Positions 24,951-33,806 of a stretch of 33,806 nt of DNA are shown in pieces. The notes under the pieces were generated by a model. That model made no database searches. It had not been told where the DNA came from and saw nothing but the letters and a program-made list of their open reading frames with translations. The DNA is from Nitrospinaceae bacterium. GTDB taxonomy: Bacteria; Nitrospinota; Nitrospinia; Nitrospinales; VA-1. The stretch is taken from assembly GCA_046754465.1 (NCBI GenBank), contig JBHHVU010000033.1, positions 1 through 33,806 of the forward strand, in the 5' to 3' direction. The first letter of the stretch is position 1; the number at the start of each line of letters is the position of its first letter. A program made the position numbers and the translations under genes.

Positions 24951-26363
24951 ATGGCCCCCAAAGAGGTTATAGATTTGGCAAAAAAAAATAACGCCCGGAT
25001 GGTGGACATGAAATTCATGGACCTTTTGGGTACCTGGCAGCATTTTTCCGTGCCCGTCAGTGAGCTTGAAGAACACCTTTTCGAGGAAGGGCTCGGGTTT
25101 GACGGTTCCAGTATTCGCGGCTGGCAGGCCATCAATGCCAGCGACATGCTGGTCATTCCGGATCCCGGAACCGCCGTGATGGATCCCTTCACCCAGATCC
25201 CGACCGTGAGCATGATCTGCAACATCGTCGACCCGATCACCAAGGAAAAATATAGCCGGGACCCCAGAAATGTCGCCCAAAAGGCCGAGGCTTACCTCAA
25301 ATCCACCGGAATCGGCGATACCGCCTACTTTGGACCGGAGGCGGAATTCTTCGTGTTCGACGACGTCCGCTACGAACTGAACCATCACAACTGCTTTTAT
25401 GAGGTGGATTCCAAGGAAGGCAACTGGAACACCGGTAGAGACGAAGATCCCAACCTCGGTTACAAACCCCGGCACAAGGAAGGTTATTTCCCCGTTTCCC
25501 CCAGTGACAGCCTGCAGGACATGCGGTCGGAAATGATGCTTCTCATGGAAGATGTGGGAATCGCCATGGAATGCCACCATCACGAGGTGGCCACCGGCGG
25601 ACAATGTGAAATCGACATGCGCTTCGCCCCCCTGGTCAAATGCGCCGACAACCTGAAATGGTACAAGCACATCGTTAAAAACGTCGCCAATAAACACAAC
25701 AAGACGGCCACCTTCATGCCCAAGCCCCTGTTCGGCGACAATGGGTCCGGCATGCATGTCCATCAAAGCATCTGGAAAGACGGCAAACCCCTGTTCGCCG
25801 GCAATGGCTATGCCGGATTCAGTGAACTGGGATTGCACTACATCGGGGGGATTCTGAAACATTCCCGGGCCATTTGCTCGTTCGCCGCGCCGACAACCAA
25901 CTCCTACAAACGGCTGGTGCCGGGATTCGAGGCTCCGGTGAACCTGGCTTATTCGAGCAGAAACCGCAGCGCCGCCTGCCGGATTCCCATGTACTCACCC
26001 AGCCCCAAGGCCAAGCGGGTCGAGGTCCGGTTCCCCGATCCCTCCTGCAACGGGTACCTCACTTTTGCCGCCATGTTGATGGCGGGACTGGACGGCATCG
26101 AAAACAAGATCGATCCGGGCGAACCCCTGGATAAGGATATTTACGCCCTCGGACCCGAAGAACTGGCGAATATCCCCACCCTGCCCCACACGCTCGAGGA
26201 TGCCCTGAAAGCTTTGGAAGAAGATCAGGATTTCCTCCTCAAGGGCGACGTGTTTACCCAGGACGTTATCGACCAATGGATCGATTACAAACAGGAAAAC
26301 GAGATCGCCAACCTCAGGCTGCGTCCGCATCCCTTGGAATTTTATATGTACTACGACGTGTGA
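24951..26363 (+). CDS. glnA: Glutamine synthetase type I-beta
   Basis: Motifs [49 protein letters not shown] and RVEVRFPD. Adenylylation site DKDIYAL. SD AAGGAG. Confidence 0.98.
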   Translation: MAPKEVIDLAKKNNARMVDMKFMDLLGTWQHFSVPVSELEEHLFEEGLGFDGSSIRGWQAINASDMLVIPDPGTAVMDPFTQIPTVSMICNIVDPITKEKYSRDPRNVAQKAEAYLKSTGIGDTAYFGPEAEFFVFDDVRYELNHHNCFYEVDSKEGNWNTGRDEDPNLGYKPRHKEGYFPVSPSDSLQDMRSEMMLLMEDVGIAMECHHHEVATGGQCEIDMRFAPLVKCADNLKWYKHIVKNVANKHNKTATFMPKPLFGDNGSGMHVHQSIWKDGKPLFAGNGYAGFSELGLHYIGGILKHSRAICSFAAPTTNSYKRLVPGFEAPVNLAYSSRNRSAACRIPMYSPSPKAKRVEVRFPDPSCNGYLTFAAMLMAGLDGIENKIDPGEPLDKDIYALGPEELANIPTLPHTLEDALKALEEDQDFLLKGDVFTQDVIDQWIDYKQENEIANLRLRPHPLEFYMYYDV

Positions 26364-26406
26364 GCCGGTCTTGGCCCTGTCCCGGGACGGTCGTGAGTCA
26401 CCATTC

Positions 26407-26439
26407 AAACCCCCTGGGTTTTCCCGGGGGTTTTTTTTT
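26407..26439 (+). terminator. Rho-independent terminator after glnA
   Basis: AAACCCCCTGGG-TTTT-CCCGGGGG followed by 9 T. Confidence 0.88.
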
Positions 26440-26504
26440 GTTAAATTGTTTGCCCGGACCCCGCATGGCGGGGCGTGACCCGGCCTGACCCTATCGGCAA
26501 TACC

Positions 26505-27293
26505 ATGAAACTGAAACTCATCCAGGTCGACGCATTCACCCACGAACCCTTCAAGGGCAATCCGGCTGCGGTCTGCCTTTTGACTGGACCGCGCCCGGAG
26601 GAATGGATGCAAAACGTCGCCAGGGAAATGAACTTATCCGAAACGGCATTTTTACTAAGGGAAGACGGCGGATTCAACCTGCGCTGGTTCACTCCCACGA
26701 CGGAGGTGGATCTTTGCGGTCACGCCACCCTCGCCAGCGCACATGTGTTGTGGGAATTGGGGTATCTGGAACCCGGCCAACCGGCTATTTTCAACACGCG
26801 GAGTGGCCGGTTGACGGCTCGCCGCCGGGACCCATGGATCGAAATGGATTTCCCCAAAAAACGCGCCGAAAAAATCGATCCCCCCGATTCCCTCCTTCAG
26901 GCGTTGGGAACCACGGCGGATTTCACGGGATTCGACGGGACCGATTACCTGGTCGCGGTTCCGTCGGAGAATACGGTGCGTGCGTTGGCGCCGCACCTCT
27001 CCCTGCTAAGGTCGCTGCCGGTCCGGGGCGTGATGGTGACAGGGCCCTCCGATACTCCGGAATATGATTTCGTCTCCCGGTTCTTCGCCCCGCGATGCGG
27101 CATTGACGAGGACCCCGTCACCGGGTCCGCGCATTGCTGTCTCGGGCCCTTTTGGGCCAACCAGCTGAACAAGACCCATTTACTGGCCTACCAGGCCTCG
27201 GCACGGGGGGGAGTGGTCCGCGTCGAGGTGCAAGCGGACCGGGTGATTCTCGGGGGCCGGGCCGTCACCATCATGCGTGGAGAACTCGAATGA
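26505..27293 (+). CDS. PhzF/diaminopimelate-epimerase-like isomerase
   Basis: Motifs QVDAFT, GNPAAV, MNLSETAF, LRWFTP, EVDLCGHATLA, EDPVTGSAHC and QASARGG. ATG 26505 is preferred. Confidence 0.92.
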   Translation: MKLKLIQVDAFTHEPFKGNPAAVCLLTGPRPEEWMQNVAREMNLSETAFLLREDGGFNLRWFTPTTEVDLCGHATLASAHVLWELGYLEPGQPAIFNTRSGRLTARRRDPWIEMDFPKKRAEKIDPPDSLLQALGTTADFTGFDGTDYLVAVPSENTVRALAPHLSLLRSLPVRGVMVTGPSDTPEYDFVSRFFAPRCGIDEDPVTGSAHCCLGPFWANQLNKTHLLAYQASARGGVVRVEVQADRVILGGRAVTIMRGELE

Positions 27294-27371
27294 CCGCCAA
27301 ACCGCCACCCCCAACTTTTCCAGTTTCCGCTCCGGAATCGGTGGATTCCGGTTCCTCCCTTTGAGCGGCCG

Positions 27372-30300
27372 ATGAATGATCCTGTCAAACTGCTAGACTG
27401 GATTTACGCCCGGCGGCCCTGGGAGGACGGCCTCAGCGCCTCCCTCAGGCGGTACGGTTTCGAGGAACCTCAAAAAGCCTGGCAGAACCTGATCACCCTC
27501 GCGGGACAGTTGAAATTCCCCGACCTGTTTCCGGACTTTTTCCCCGCCCTCATGCAAGCGATCTCCAAATCCTATAGCGCGGACATCGCCCTGCACAATT
27601 TGGAAAGGTTCGCCGGTAAAATCTTCGATAAAAATTATTTGTACACCCTGCTGACGGATTCCCCCGAGCTCCTGGAAGCCTTGATCATTCTTTTTTCCGG
27701 GAGCCAGGTGCTGACCGATACGCTCCTGAAGGATCCCTCCCACTTTGACTGGCTGCGGCAGCCGGAAACGCTTGGAAAATCGAAATCCAAGGATGCGCTC
27801 ATGCGGGATTTCCATGAAATGGCCGAACAGGATACCGCCCCCGGAAAGGTTCCCCGGCTCCTTCGCCGGTTCAAAAAAAGGGAATGCATCCGCATCGGGC
27901 TTCGGGACCTGCTCGGCAAGGTGGAAATGCAGGAAACCGTGGAAGACTTGTCCAACCTCGCCGATGTCTGCCTGCAAGTGGCTTATGAACATGAGGACAG
28001 GGAATTGAGAAAAAAATACGGCGTGCCTATTTACCAGGCCCCCGACGGCCATTGGAAAGTATCCGAGTTCACCATTCTCGGCATGGGCAAGCTGGGCGGC
28101 AAGGAACTCAATTACAGTTCGGATATCGACCTGATCTACATCTACACTTCCAGCAAGGGAGAGACCCGGGCCGAAGACCCGCATTCCGGACCATTCACGC
28201 AGGTGAGCAACCACGAGTATTTCACCAAGCTGGCCCAGCGGATCACCACCACCCTCAACGAAATCACCGAAGAGGGAAACGTGTTCCGGGTCGATCTCAA
28301 TCTTCGCCCCGAAGGACGAAGCGGGGAAATCGCCAATTCCCTCGCCAGTTGCGAGGTGTATTACCAATCCTGGGGACAAACCTGGGAACGGCAGGCCCTC
28401 CTGAAAGCCCGCATCGCGGCGGGGAGCGTGCCCCTTGGCAAGGAGTTCCTCTCTCTCATGGAACCTTTCATTTACCGACGCAGCCTGGATTTTTCGGCCA
28501 TCGAGGAAATCAAATCGATGAAGAAAAAAATCGACCTGGATCTCAAGGGCAAAAAAACCGGAAAAGGCCACATCAAGCTGGGGTTTGGAGGCATCCGTGA
28601 AATCGAATTCATCGTCCAGGCCTATCAGCTTATATTTGGGGGGCAAAACCCGGACCTTCGCGTGGTGAATACGCTGAAACTGATGGAAAAACTACGCTCA
28701 TGCGGGTTCCTCACGGAGGAGGATTTCAGGCATCTCAAGGAAGCCTACATCTTTCTTCGTAACCTGGAAAACCGGGTCCAGATATCCTTCGGGCTCCAGA
28801 CCCACGTTCTTCCCGTGGACGAGGCCCGGCTCTCCGTCCTGGCCCGGAAAATGCGCCTGAAGGGACGGTCCCGGAAAGATCTCGCCGCGCGTTTGATGGA
28901 AGAATTCGAGAGGCACACCCGGTTCGCCGGCAACATGTTCGCCAACCTGTTCGCGGGTGAAAAGAAACAGGAAGCGGCGGAAATCGCGGAGGCGGAACCC
29001 TCCCCCTCCGCGCCGGGGGAATCCGGGTTCTCCCCGAAAACCCTGGCCTCCAGGGGATTTGCCGATCCTGACAGGACGTTCCGGTTCCTGAAATCCCTGC
29101 GAGACGGCCCGCCCTTTTCGCATCCGTCCGAAAAAAGCATTCAGGATTTTTATACCATCATTCCGAATATCCTGGACCACAGCACCCGGGTGCCCAAACC
29201 CGATGACGCCATTCAAAATCTGGAAAAGTTCGTTTCCGTGGGCGCCGCCCGGGAAACCACCCTCAGCCTGTTTCAGGCCAATCCCAAATTTCTGGAACTG
29301 CTGCTCATCCTCTTCGGCAGCAGTGACTTCCTCTCGCAAATCCTGGTCCGCCAACCCGGCCTGGTGGACATTCTCATGGACATGGAAGCCATTTACCGGT
29401 TCAAACCCCCCGAGAAAATCGCCGAGGACTGGAGAAAGATGCTGGACTCTTGCCGGGACCTGGCCGCCAAAAAGATCGCCTTGCGCCGCGCAAAACAGGG
29501 CGAGGAGCTGCGCGTCGGCATCCGTTACCTCATCAAGGAGGCCGACTTGGCCGGGACGCTGGCCGACCTATCCAACCTCGCGGATGTTTACCTGCAAACC
29601 GTCCTCGCCCTTGCCCTGGAAACGATCCATGAAAATTCCGATTCCCCTCATCCCCCGCCGGATGATTTCGCCATATTCGGATTGGGAAAACTGGGCGGCA
29701 ACGAACTGAATTTCGGATCGGACCTGGACCTCCTTTTCGTCCATGACGAACCCGCTCCCGGCGAACCGCCCTTTCCCCCGGGGGAACTTTCCGCCCATTA
29801 TGCCGCACTGTCGCAGTTGATCTACCAGCTCACCGCTGAGATGACCCCCGCGGGCTTCGCTTATAAAATCGACACGGGCCTGAGGCCGGAGGGCGGTAGC
29901 GGCGCCCTGGTTCTTTCCATCCAGGGCTACGAGGAATATTTTAAAACCCGGGCCCGGATCTGGGAAAAGCAGGCCTTGATTCGCACCCGGTTCATCGCCG
30001 GGAAACCTGGCATGGAAAAATCATTTCTGAAAGTGGTTCACGAATTTACTTATGGGGAGAAACTGGAGTATGGATCCTTGATAGAAATTTCACGCCTGCG
30101 GGAACGGATGGAGAAGGAACTGGCCCGGGAACCGAAAAAGGGGAAAAACGTGAAACTGGGATTCGGCGGGTTAGCGGATATCGAATTCACCCTGCAGATC
30201 CTTCAGCTCATGCACGGACATCAAATTCCCCGGCTTCGCCGGACGAACACCCTGGAAACGCTGAAACTCTGCGCGGCTTACGGGGTGATCGGCCAGGGCG

Positions 30301-30554
30301 GCGCAGATCAACTGGAACAAAGCTACCTTTTCCTCCGCAACCTCGAATGCGCCCTGCGCCTTTTGTACCAGCCGTTCACCAACTACCTTCCCCGAAACCG
30401 GACATCCCTCGCCGCCCTCGCCAAACTGCTGGGATACGAAGGGAACGAAGGCGAACGGGCGGATACGCTGATGCGGGACTATGGAAAAACCACGCACCTG
30501 GTAAGAAGCTTTTACAGAAGAACGATCGACACCCTGCTGCGCAAGGCCCTGTAA
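27372..30554 (+). CDS. glnE: Bifunctional glutamine synthetase adenylyltransferase/deadenylylase
   Basis: Two nucleotidyltransferase domains (GMGKLGGKELNYSSDIDL...LRPEG...WERQA and GLGKLGGNELNFGSDLDL...LRPEG...WEKQA), each followed by KLGFGG..IEF. Confidence 0.96.
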   Translation: MNDPVKLLDWIYARRPWEDGLSASLRRYGFEEPQKAWQNLITLAGQLKFPDLFPDFFPALMQAISKSYSADIALHNLERFAGKIFDKNYLYTLLTDSPELLEALIILFSGSQVLTDTLLKDPSHFDWLRQPETLGKSKSKDALMRDFHEMAEQDTAPGKVPRLLRRFKKRECIRIGLRDLLGKVEMQETVEDLSNLADVCLQVAYEHEDRELRKKYGVPIYQAPDGHWKVSEFTILGMGKLGGKELNYSSDIDLIYIYTSSKGETRAEDPHSGPFTQVSNHEYFTKLAQRITTTLNEITEEGNVFRVDLNLRPEGRSGEIANSLASCEVYYQSWGQTWERQALLKARIAAGSVPLGKEFLSLMEPFIYRRSLDFSAIEEIKSMKKKIDLDLKGKKTGKGHIKLGFGGIREIEFIVQAYQLIFGGQNPDLRVVNTLKLMEKLRSCGFLTEEDFRHLKEAYIFLRNLENRVQISFGLQTHVLPVDEARLSVLARKMRLKGRSRKDLAARLMEEFERHTRFAGNMFANLFAGEKKQEAAEIAEAEPSPSAPGESGFSPKTLASRGFADPDRTFRFLKSLRDGPPFSHPSEKSIQDFYTIIPNILDHSTRVPKPDDAIQNLEKFVSVGAARETTLSLFQANPKFLELLLILFGSSDFLSQILVRQPGLVDILMDMEAIYRFKPPEKIAEDWRKMLDSCRDLAAKKIALRRAKQGEELRVGIRYLIKEADLAGTLADLSNLADVYLQTVLALALETIHENSDSPHPPPDDFAIFGLGKLGGNELNFGSDLDLLFVHDEPAPGEPPFPPGELSAHYAALSQLIYQLTAEMTPAGFAYKIDTGLRPEGGSGALVLSIQGYEEYFKTRARIWEKQALIRTRFIAGKPGMEKSFLKVVHEFTYGEKLEYGSLIEISRLRERMEKELAREPKKGKNVKLGFGGLADIEFTLQILQLMHGHQIPRLRRTNTLETLKLCAAYGVIGQGGADQLEQSYLFLRNLECALRLLYQPFTNYLPRNRTSLAALAKLLGYEGNEGERADTLMRDYGKTTHLVRSFYRRTIDTLLRKAL

Positions 30555-30557
30555 GGG

Positions 30558-33383
30558 TCAAACCATTACCGAACTCGTATCCGGTTTGACTTCCGGCCGG
30601 GATTCCCTGGGTTGGGTTGCGGGAAGGGTGAGGATAAAAATGGACCCGCGGCCGGTTTCGCTTTCAACCCGGATGCTGCCCCCAAGACGGCTGACCAACT
30701 TGGCGCAGATCGCCAGCCCGATCCCGCTGCCATCGTATTGGCCGCGGCCATGCAACCGTTCAAAGGGTTTGAAGATCCGGGAATAATATTTTTTGTCGAT
30801 GCCGATTCCATTATCCTCCACAAGAATATCCCAGGTGTCCTTTTCGTTTTTCCGGGCGCTGATGCGGACACGGGGACTTTCGTTCTCTTTATGATATTTA
30901 AGAGCGTTGGAGATCAGGTTCTGCATCAACTGCCTCACTTGAATCCTCCCCCCTTCAATCGTGGGAAGGGGTCCGGCCTCCACGGTGGCATGGGACCGTT
31001 TGATGCGTGTCTCCAGGCAAGACAATACTTCTTCCACGGTTTTATCCAGGGAGATCGCTTCTAAAGGTTCCCGTTTCCGGGTGATTCTTGAATATTGCAA
31101 AAGATCGTTGATAAAATCCTGCATCCTGGAAGTCGCTTTCTGCAAGCGGCCGATGTAATCATTCCCCGAGTCATCCATTTGGGAAGGGAAACAGGATTTG
31201 ATCCGATCCCCAAAAATAATCACCTTGCGCAGCGGTTCCTGAAGATCGTGGGAGGCGATGAAAGCGAATTCCTCCAGATCCTGGTTGCTCCGTTCCAACT
31301 CCCCGGCATAATGCCGCAGGCGTTCCTCCGACTGTTTGCGCTCGATGGCGGTGGCTAAAATATTGGCGGCGGATTGCAGGAAATGGGTTTCGTCCTCGGT
31401 GAATTTCCGTTGATATCCCGTGTGCGCCCCTAACACGCCAAAGATTTGATTGCCGTCACGGATGACCACGCTCATCCCGCTGATAACCCCGTGGTCCCGC
31501 AATAAGGGGACTCCGGAAAACCGGGTTTCACGGTTCATATTCCACACCACCACCGGTTTGTTGGACAGGAGGGTGAATCCCGCCTGGGAATTGCGGCCAC
31601 CGGGAATTCGCTCCCGCCCGGTCAGTCCTGTTTTCCAACCCACTCCGGCCCGCAATATAAATGAATCTTCCTTTGGAAGATATTCCAGGATTTTGCAATA
31701 ATCGGAATTCAAGGTCTGCTGCAGCAGGTGAACCGTTTTATTCATCAAATCCGAAAGTTCCATTCCCTCCAAGGCCGATTGACCCAGTTGGGAAACCGCG
31801 GCCTGGCGCCTGGCATGGTCCTGAAGCTTTTTTTCCGCCTGTTTGCGTTCCGTGATGTCGCGGACGATTCCAATGAATATGTTCCCATGGCCCAGGTCCG
31901 CTTTACTGACGGATATTTCCAGATCGAAGATAGACCCGTCCTTGCGCCGTCCTGGAACTTCCCGGGCCACGCCGAGGATTCTAGCCTCGCCGGTGAACAT
32001 ATATCTTTGGATATAACCGTCATGGGCTGCGCGGTGGGGTTCGGGCATGAGCAAGGAGACATTTTTGCCAACGATCTCCCCGGCCCGGTAACCAAAAATC
32101 CTTGCCGCCGCGGGATTCAGGGTTTCAATGATTCCGTTTTGGTGAATGGTGACGATGCCATCCATCGCATTGGAAAACACGGAATGGAACCGCTCCTCAC
32201 TTGCCTTCAACCCGGCCACCGCCCGGTCGCGGTCCCGTTGCGACTTCAACCTTCTCCCGCGCAGCACCAAGGCGATGATCATTGCCGTGCAAAGGAAGGT
32301 AAAAATGACCAGGAACAACCTTCTCATGGCAAACAGGGGAGCGAACGCCTCACTCACGTCGATCTCGGTGGTCAGTCCAAATCCGAATTCCTCCAGCCAG
32401 GTCCAGGCCCCCACCACCGGCACCCCCCGATAGTCGCGGTAACCCTCTACATCGATCCTGGGCTCTTTCCTGACGGCGCTGGCGGCCATTCGGGTCAAGG
32501 GTTGTTGGTCCCTGGGGAGCTTGGGCCGGTATCCCTTGAGCAGGTTGCCCCCCGGGTCCCGCACATGAACGTGGAGAATGGCCCGGCTGTCCGGCCGGTT
32601 GGGAATGATTCCAATCTTGCGGAGATGAGCATTGAACCGGCTGTCGCTGATCATCAATCCCTGGGCATCGAAGGCATAGGTTTCTTCCGTCTCGCCCGCC
32701 CGGCTGATTTCCAGAATTCGGGAGAATTCGCCTTCCGGATGAAGGCGGAACGCAAGCACTCCCCCTATCTTCCCATGATCGTCCCGAACCGGCGTGGAAA
32801 CAAACATGGTCGGCCAGGAAGCATGCCGGGTCCCCTGTTCATCCGGAAGATCGATTTCCCCGGTAAAGGGCAGGGAAAGCACCGTTTCCCCCTGAAGAGA
32901 TCGCTCAACAAAATCCGACAATTGGGAAAGATCCCGGCTTCCCACCGGCTCTTCCAGGAGCGCGCCTACTTGCAGCCCGGTCCGGTCCATGATGACAAAT
33001 CCCACAAAGCCGTAAGTTTTGCTCACGGAGCCAAGGTAAGAGCGGAGCCAATGGAGTTCCGCGGAACTTTTAAACGCATCCGCCATCCCGGAATTCCCCT
33101 TGGCTTTTGCCGTCAGCGAAAGGATGTTACTTCGCACTCCGGGATTCAAAGCCACAATTTTCGCGTCCATTTTTTTATCGTGGATCCAGACTTTCAGCGT
33201 TTCTATGTTGGTGTCCAATGTGGTTCGCAATTGTTCGGAAAGGTTTTTTTTCATTTCCTTTTCGACGGTGTTGAATCCCCACCACCCCACGGCCCCCAGC
33301 AAAATAATGGCGGCCGAAGCCCACCAAATATTGGAGAAATATCCTGTCGAAGACTTATTGGCGGGAAGGTATTTGGTGTTCAT
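30558..33383 (-). CDS. Sensor histidine kinase: TM, large periplasmic Cache-like domain, TM, FixL-type heme PAS, GAF, HisKA, HATPase_c
   Basis: Two TM helices flank about 310 aa ending YRDYRGVPVVGAW (Cache-like). PAS LMPEPHRAAHDGYIQRY..TGEARILGVARE. GAF (GVISGMSVVI...RKFTEDETHFL). H-box ASHDLQEPLRK. Confidence 0.92.
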   Translation of the reverse strand: MNTKYLPANKSSTGYFSNIWWASAAIILLGAVGWWGFNTVEKEMKKNLSEQLRTTLDTNIETLKVWIHDKKMDAKIVALNPGVRSNILSLTAKAKGNSGMADAFKSSAELHWLRSYLGSVSKTYGFVGFVIMDRTGLQVGALLEEPVGSRDLSQLSDFVERSLQGETVLSLPFTGEIDLPDEQGTRHASWPTMFVSTPVRDDHGKIGGVLAFRLHPEGEFSRILEISRAGETEETYAFDAQGLMISDSRFNAHLRKIGIIPNRPDSRAILHVHVRDPGGNLLKGYRPKLPRDQQPLTRMAASAVRKEPRIDVEGYRDYRGVPVVGAWTWLEEFGFGLTTEIDVSEAFAPLFAMRRLFLVIFTFLCTAMIIALVLRGRRLKSQRDRDRAVAGLKASEERFHSVFSNAMDGIVTIHQNGIIETLNPAAARIFGYRAGEIVGKNVSLLMPEPHRAAHDGYIQRYMFTGEARILGVAREVPGRRKDGSIFDLEISVSKADLGHGNIFIGIVRDITERKQAEKKLQDHARRQAAVSQLGQSALEGMELSDLMNKTVHLLQQTLNSDYCKILEYLPKEDSFILRAGVGWKTGLTGRERIPGGRNSQAGFTLLSNKPVVVWNMNRETRFSGVPLLRDHGVISGMSVVIRDGNQIFGVLGAHTGYQRKFTEDETHFLQSAANILATAIERKQSEERLRHYAGELERSNQDLEEFAFIASHDLQEPLRKVIIFGDRIKSCFPSQMDDSGNDYIGRLQKATSRMQDFINDLLQYSRITRKREPLEAISLDKTVEEVLSCLETRIKRSHATVEAGPLPTIEGGRIQVRQLMQNLISNALKYHKENESPRVRISARKNEKDTWDILVEDNGIGIDKKYYSRIFKPFERLHGRGQYDGSGIGLAICAKLVSRLGGSIRVESETGRGSIFILTLPATQPRESRPEVKPDTSSVMV

Positions 33384-33441
33384 AAAAGATCAGTGGTCCA
33401 GTTTCTCTTAAAAATGATATTCAACGCGGTAAGGGCGCGAT

Positions 33442-33470
33442 AAAAACCTGGGAGTAATAACACCCCCAGG
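33442..33470 (-). terminator. Rho-independent terminator on the minus strand, 58 nt upstream of the kinase start
   Basis: The minus strand reads CCUGGGGGUG-UUAU-UACUCCCAGG-UUUUU: a 10-bp stem with two G-U pairs, then U5. Confidence 0.75.
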
Positions 33471-33594
33471 CCTCAACGGTTGTGATCCTGGAATTACCGG
33501 AAGGGTGAATGCAGCAACCGTCGAGACCGGGAGGATTTGACATTCATTCCCCTCGCCTTGAGAGGAATGCAGACCTATATCACTAGTCCGTTGA

Positions 33595-33806
33595 CTAAGC
33601 GGTTTTAAACTGGCCGACGATTTCCTGCAGTTCCGCCGCCATTTTGGCCAGTTCGGTGGCGGACTGCTGGCCCTCCGCCGCGCCCTTGGAAGTGCTCTCG
33701 GCGGCCTGGGCGACCCCGGCGATGTTCTGGGCGATTTCCTGGGTGCCCTTGGCCGCTTCCTCCACGTTGCGGCCGATCTCGTTGGTCGTCGCCGTTTGCT
33801 CCTCCA
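33595..33806 (-). CDS. Methyl-accepting chemotaxis protein, C-terminal fragment (runs off the window edge)
   Basis: My translation (not in the ORF track) is EEQTATTNEIGRNVEEAAKGTQEIAQNIAGVAQAAESTSKGAAEGQQSATELAKMAAELQEIVGQFKTA*, a typical MCP C-terminal methylation helix ending in ...GQFK. Confidence 0.88.
   Translation of the reverse strand, partial: EEQTATTNEIGRNVEEAAKGTQEIAQNIAGVAQAAESTSKGAAEGQQSATELAKMAAELQEIVGQFKTA

Noticed and set aside
26505..27293. Phenazine biosynthesis cluster
   Set aside because: Only a lone PhzF-family homologue is present, without phzA/B, D, E or G.
31728..33443. 571-aa plus-strand ORF
   Set aside because: It is an antisense shadow of the minus-strand kinase with no recognisable motifs; long shadow frames are expected in GC-rich coding DNA.

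Overview
This is a GC-rich, gene-dense chromosomal window from a Gram-negative bacterium. The clpC-bamA-skp-fabZ-lpxA-lpxI-lpxB and glnB-glnA-glnE orders would fit a Nitrospinota/Nitrospirota/deltaproteobacterial-type lineage, but that is inference only. In order it holds: an orphan ParB/Srx-domain gene, divergent from an FGE-sulfatase-domain gene; a PQQ-dependent sugar/sorbosone dehydrogenase; a signalling block of two histidine kinases flanking an orphan PhnD-like binding protein; B12-dependent methionine synthase (metH); clpC; an outer-membrane/lipid A cluster (bamA, skp, fabZ, lpxA, a GnnA-like oxidoreductase, lpxI, lpxB, DUF374; no lpxD or gnnB); a nitrogen-assimilation block (glnB, glnA, a PhzF-family gene, glnE) with candidate tandem sigma70/sigma54 promoters and NtrC-like boxes; a third kinase with a FixL-type heme-PAS; and the 3' end of a methyl-accepting chemotaxis protein. 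I saw no mobile elements, CRISPR arrays, rRNA or tRNA. The most unusual items are (i) a kinase whose GAF and PAS domains are separated by 14 gap-free 21-residue signalling-helix-like repeats, (ii) a transporter-less PhnD-like protein between two paralogous kinases with no response regulator in the window, and (iii) a three-hairpin minus-strand RNA element ending in a terminator just upstream of the heme-PAS kinase.
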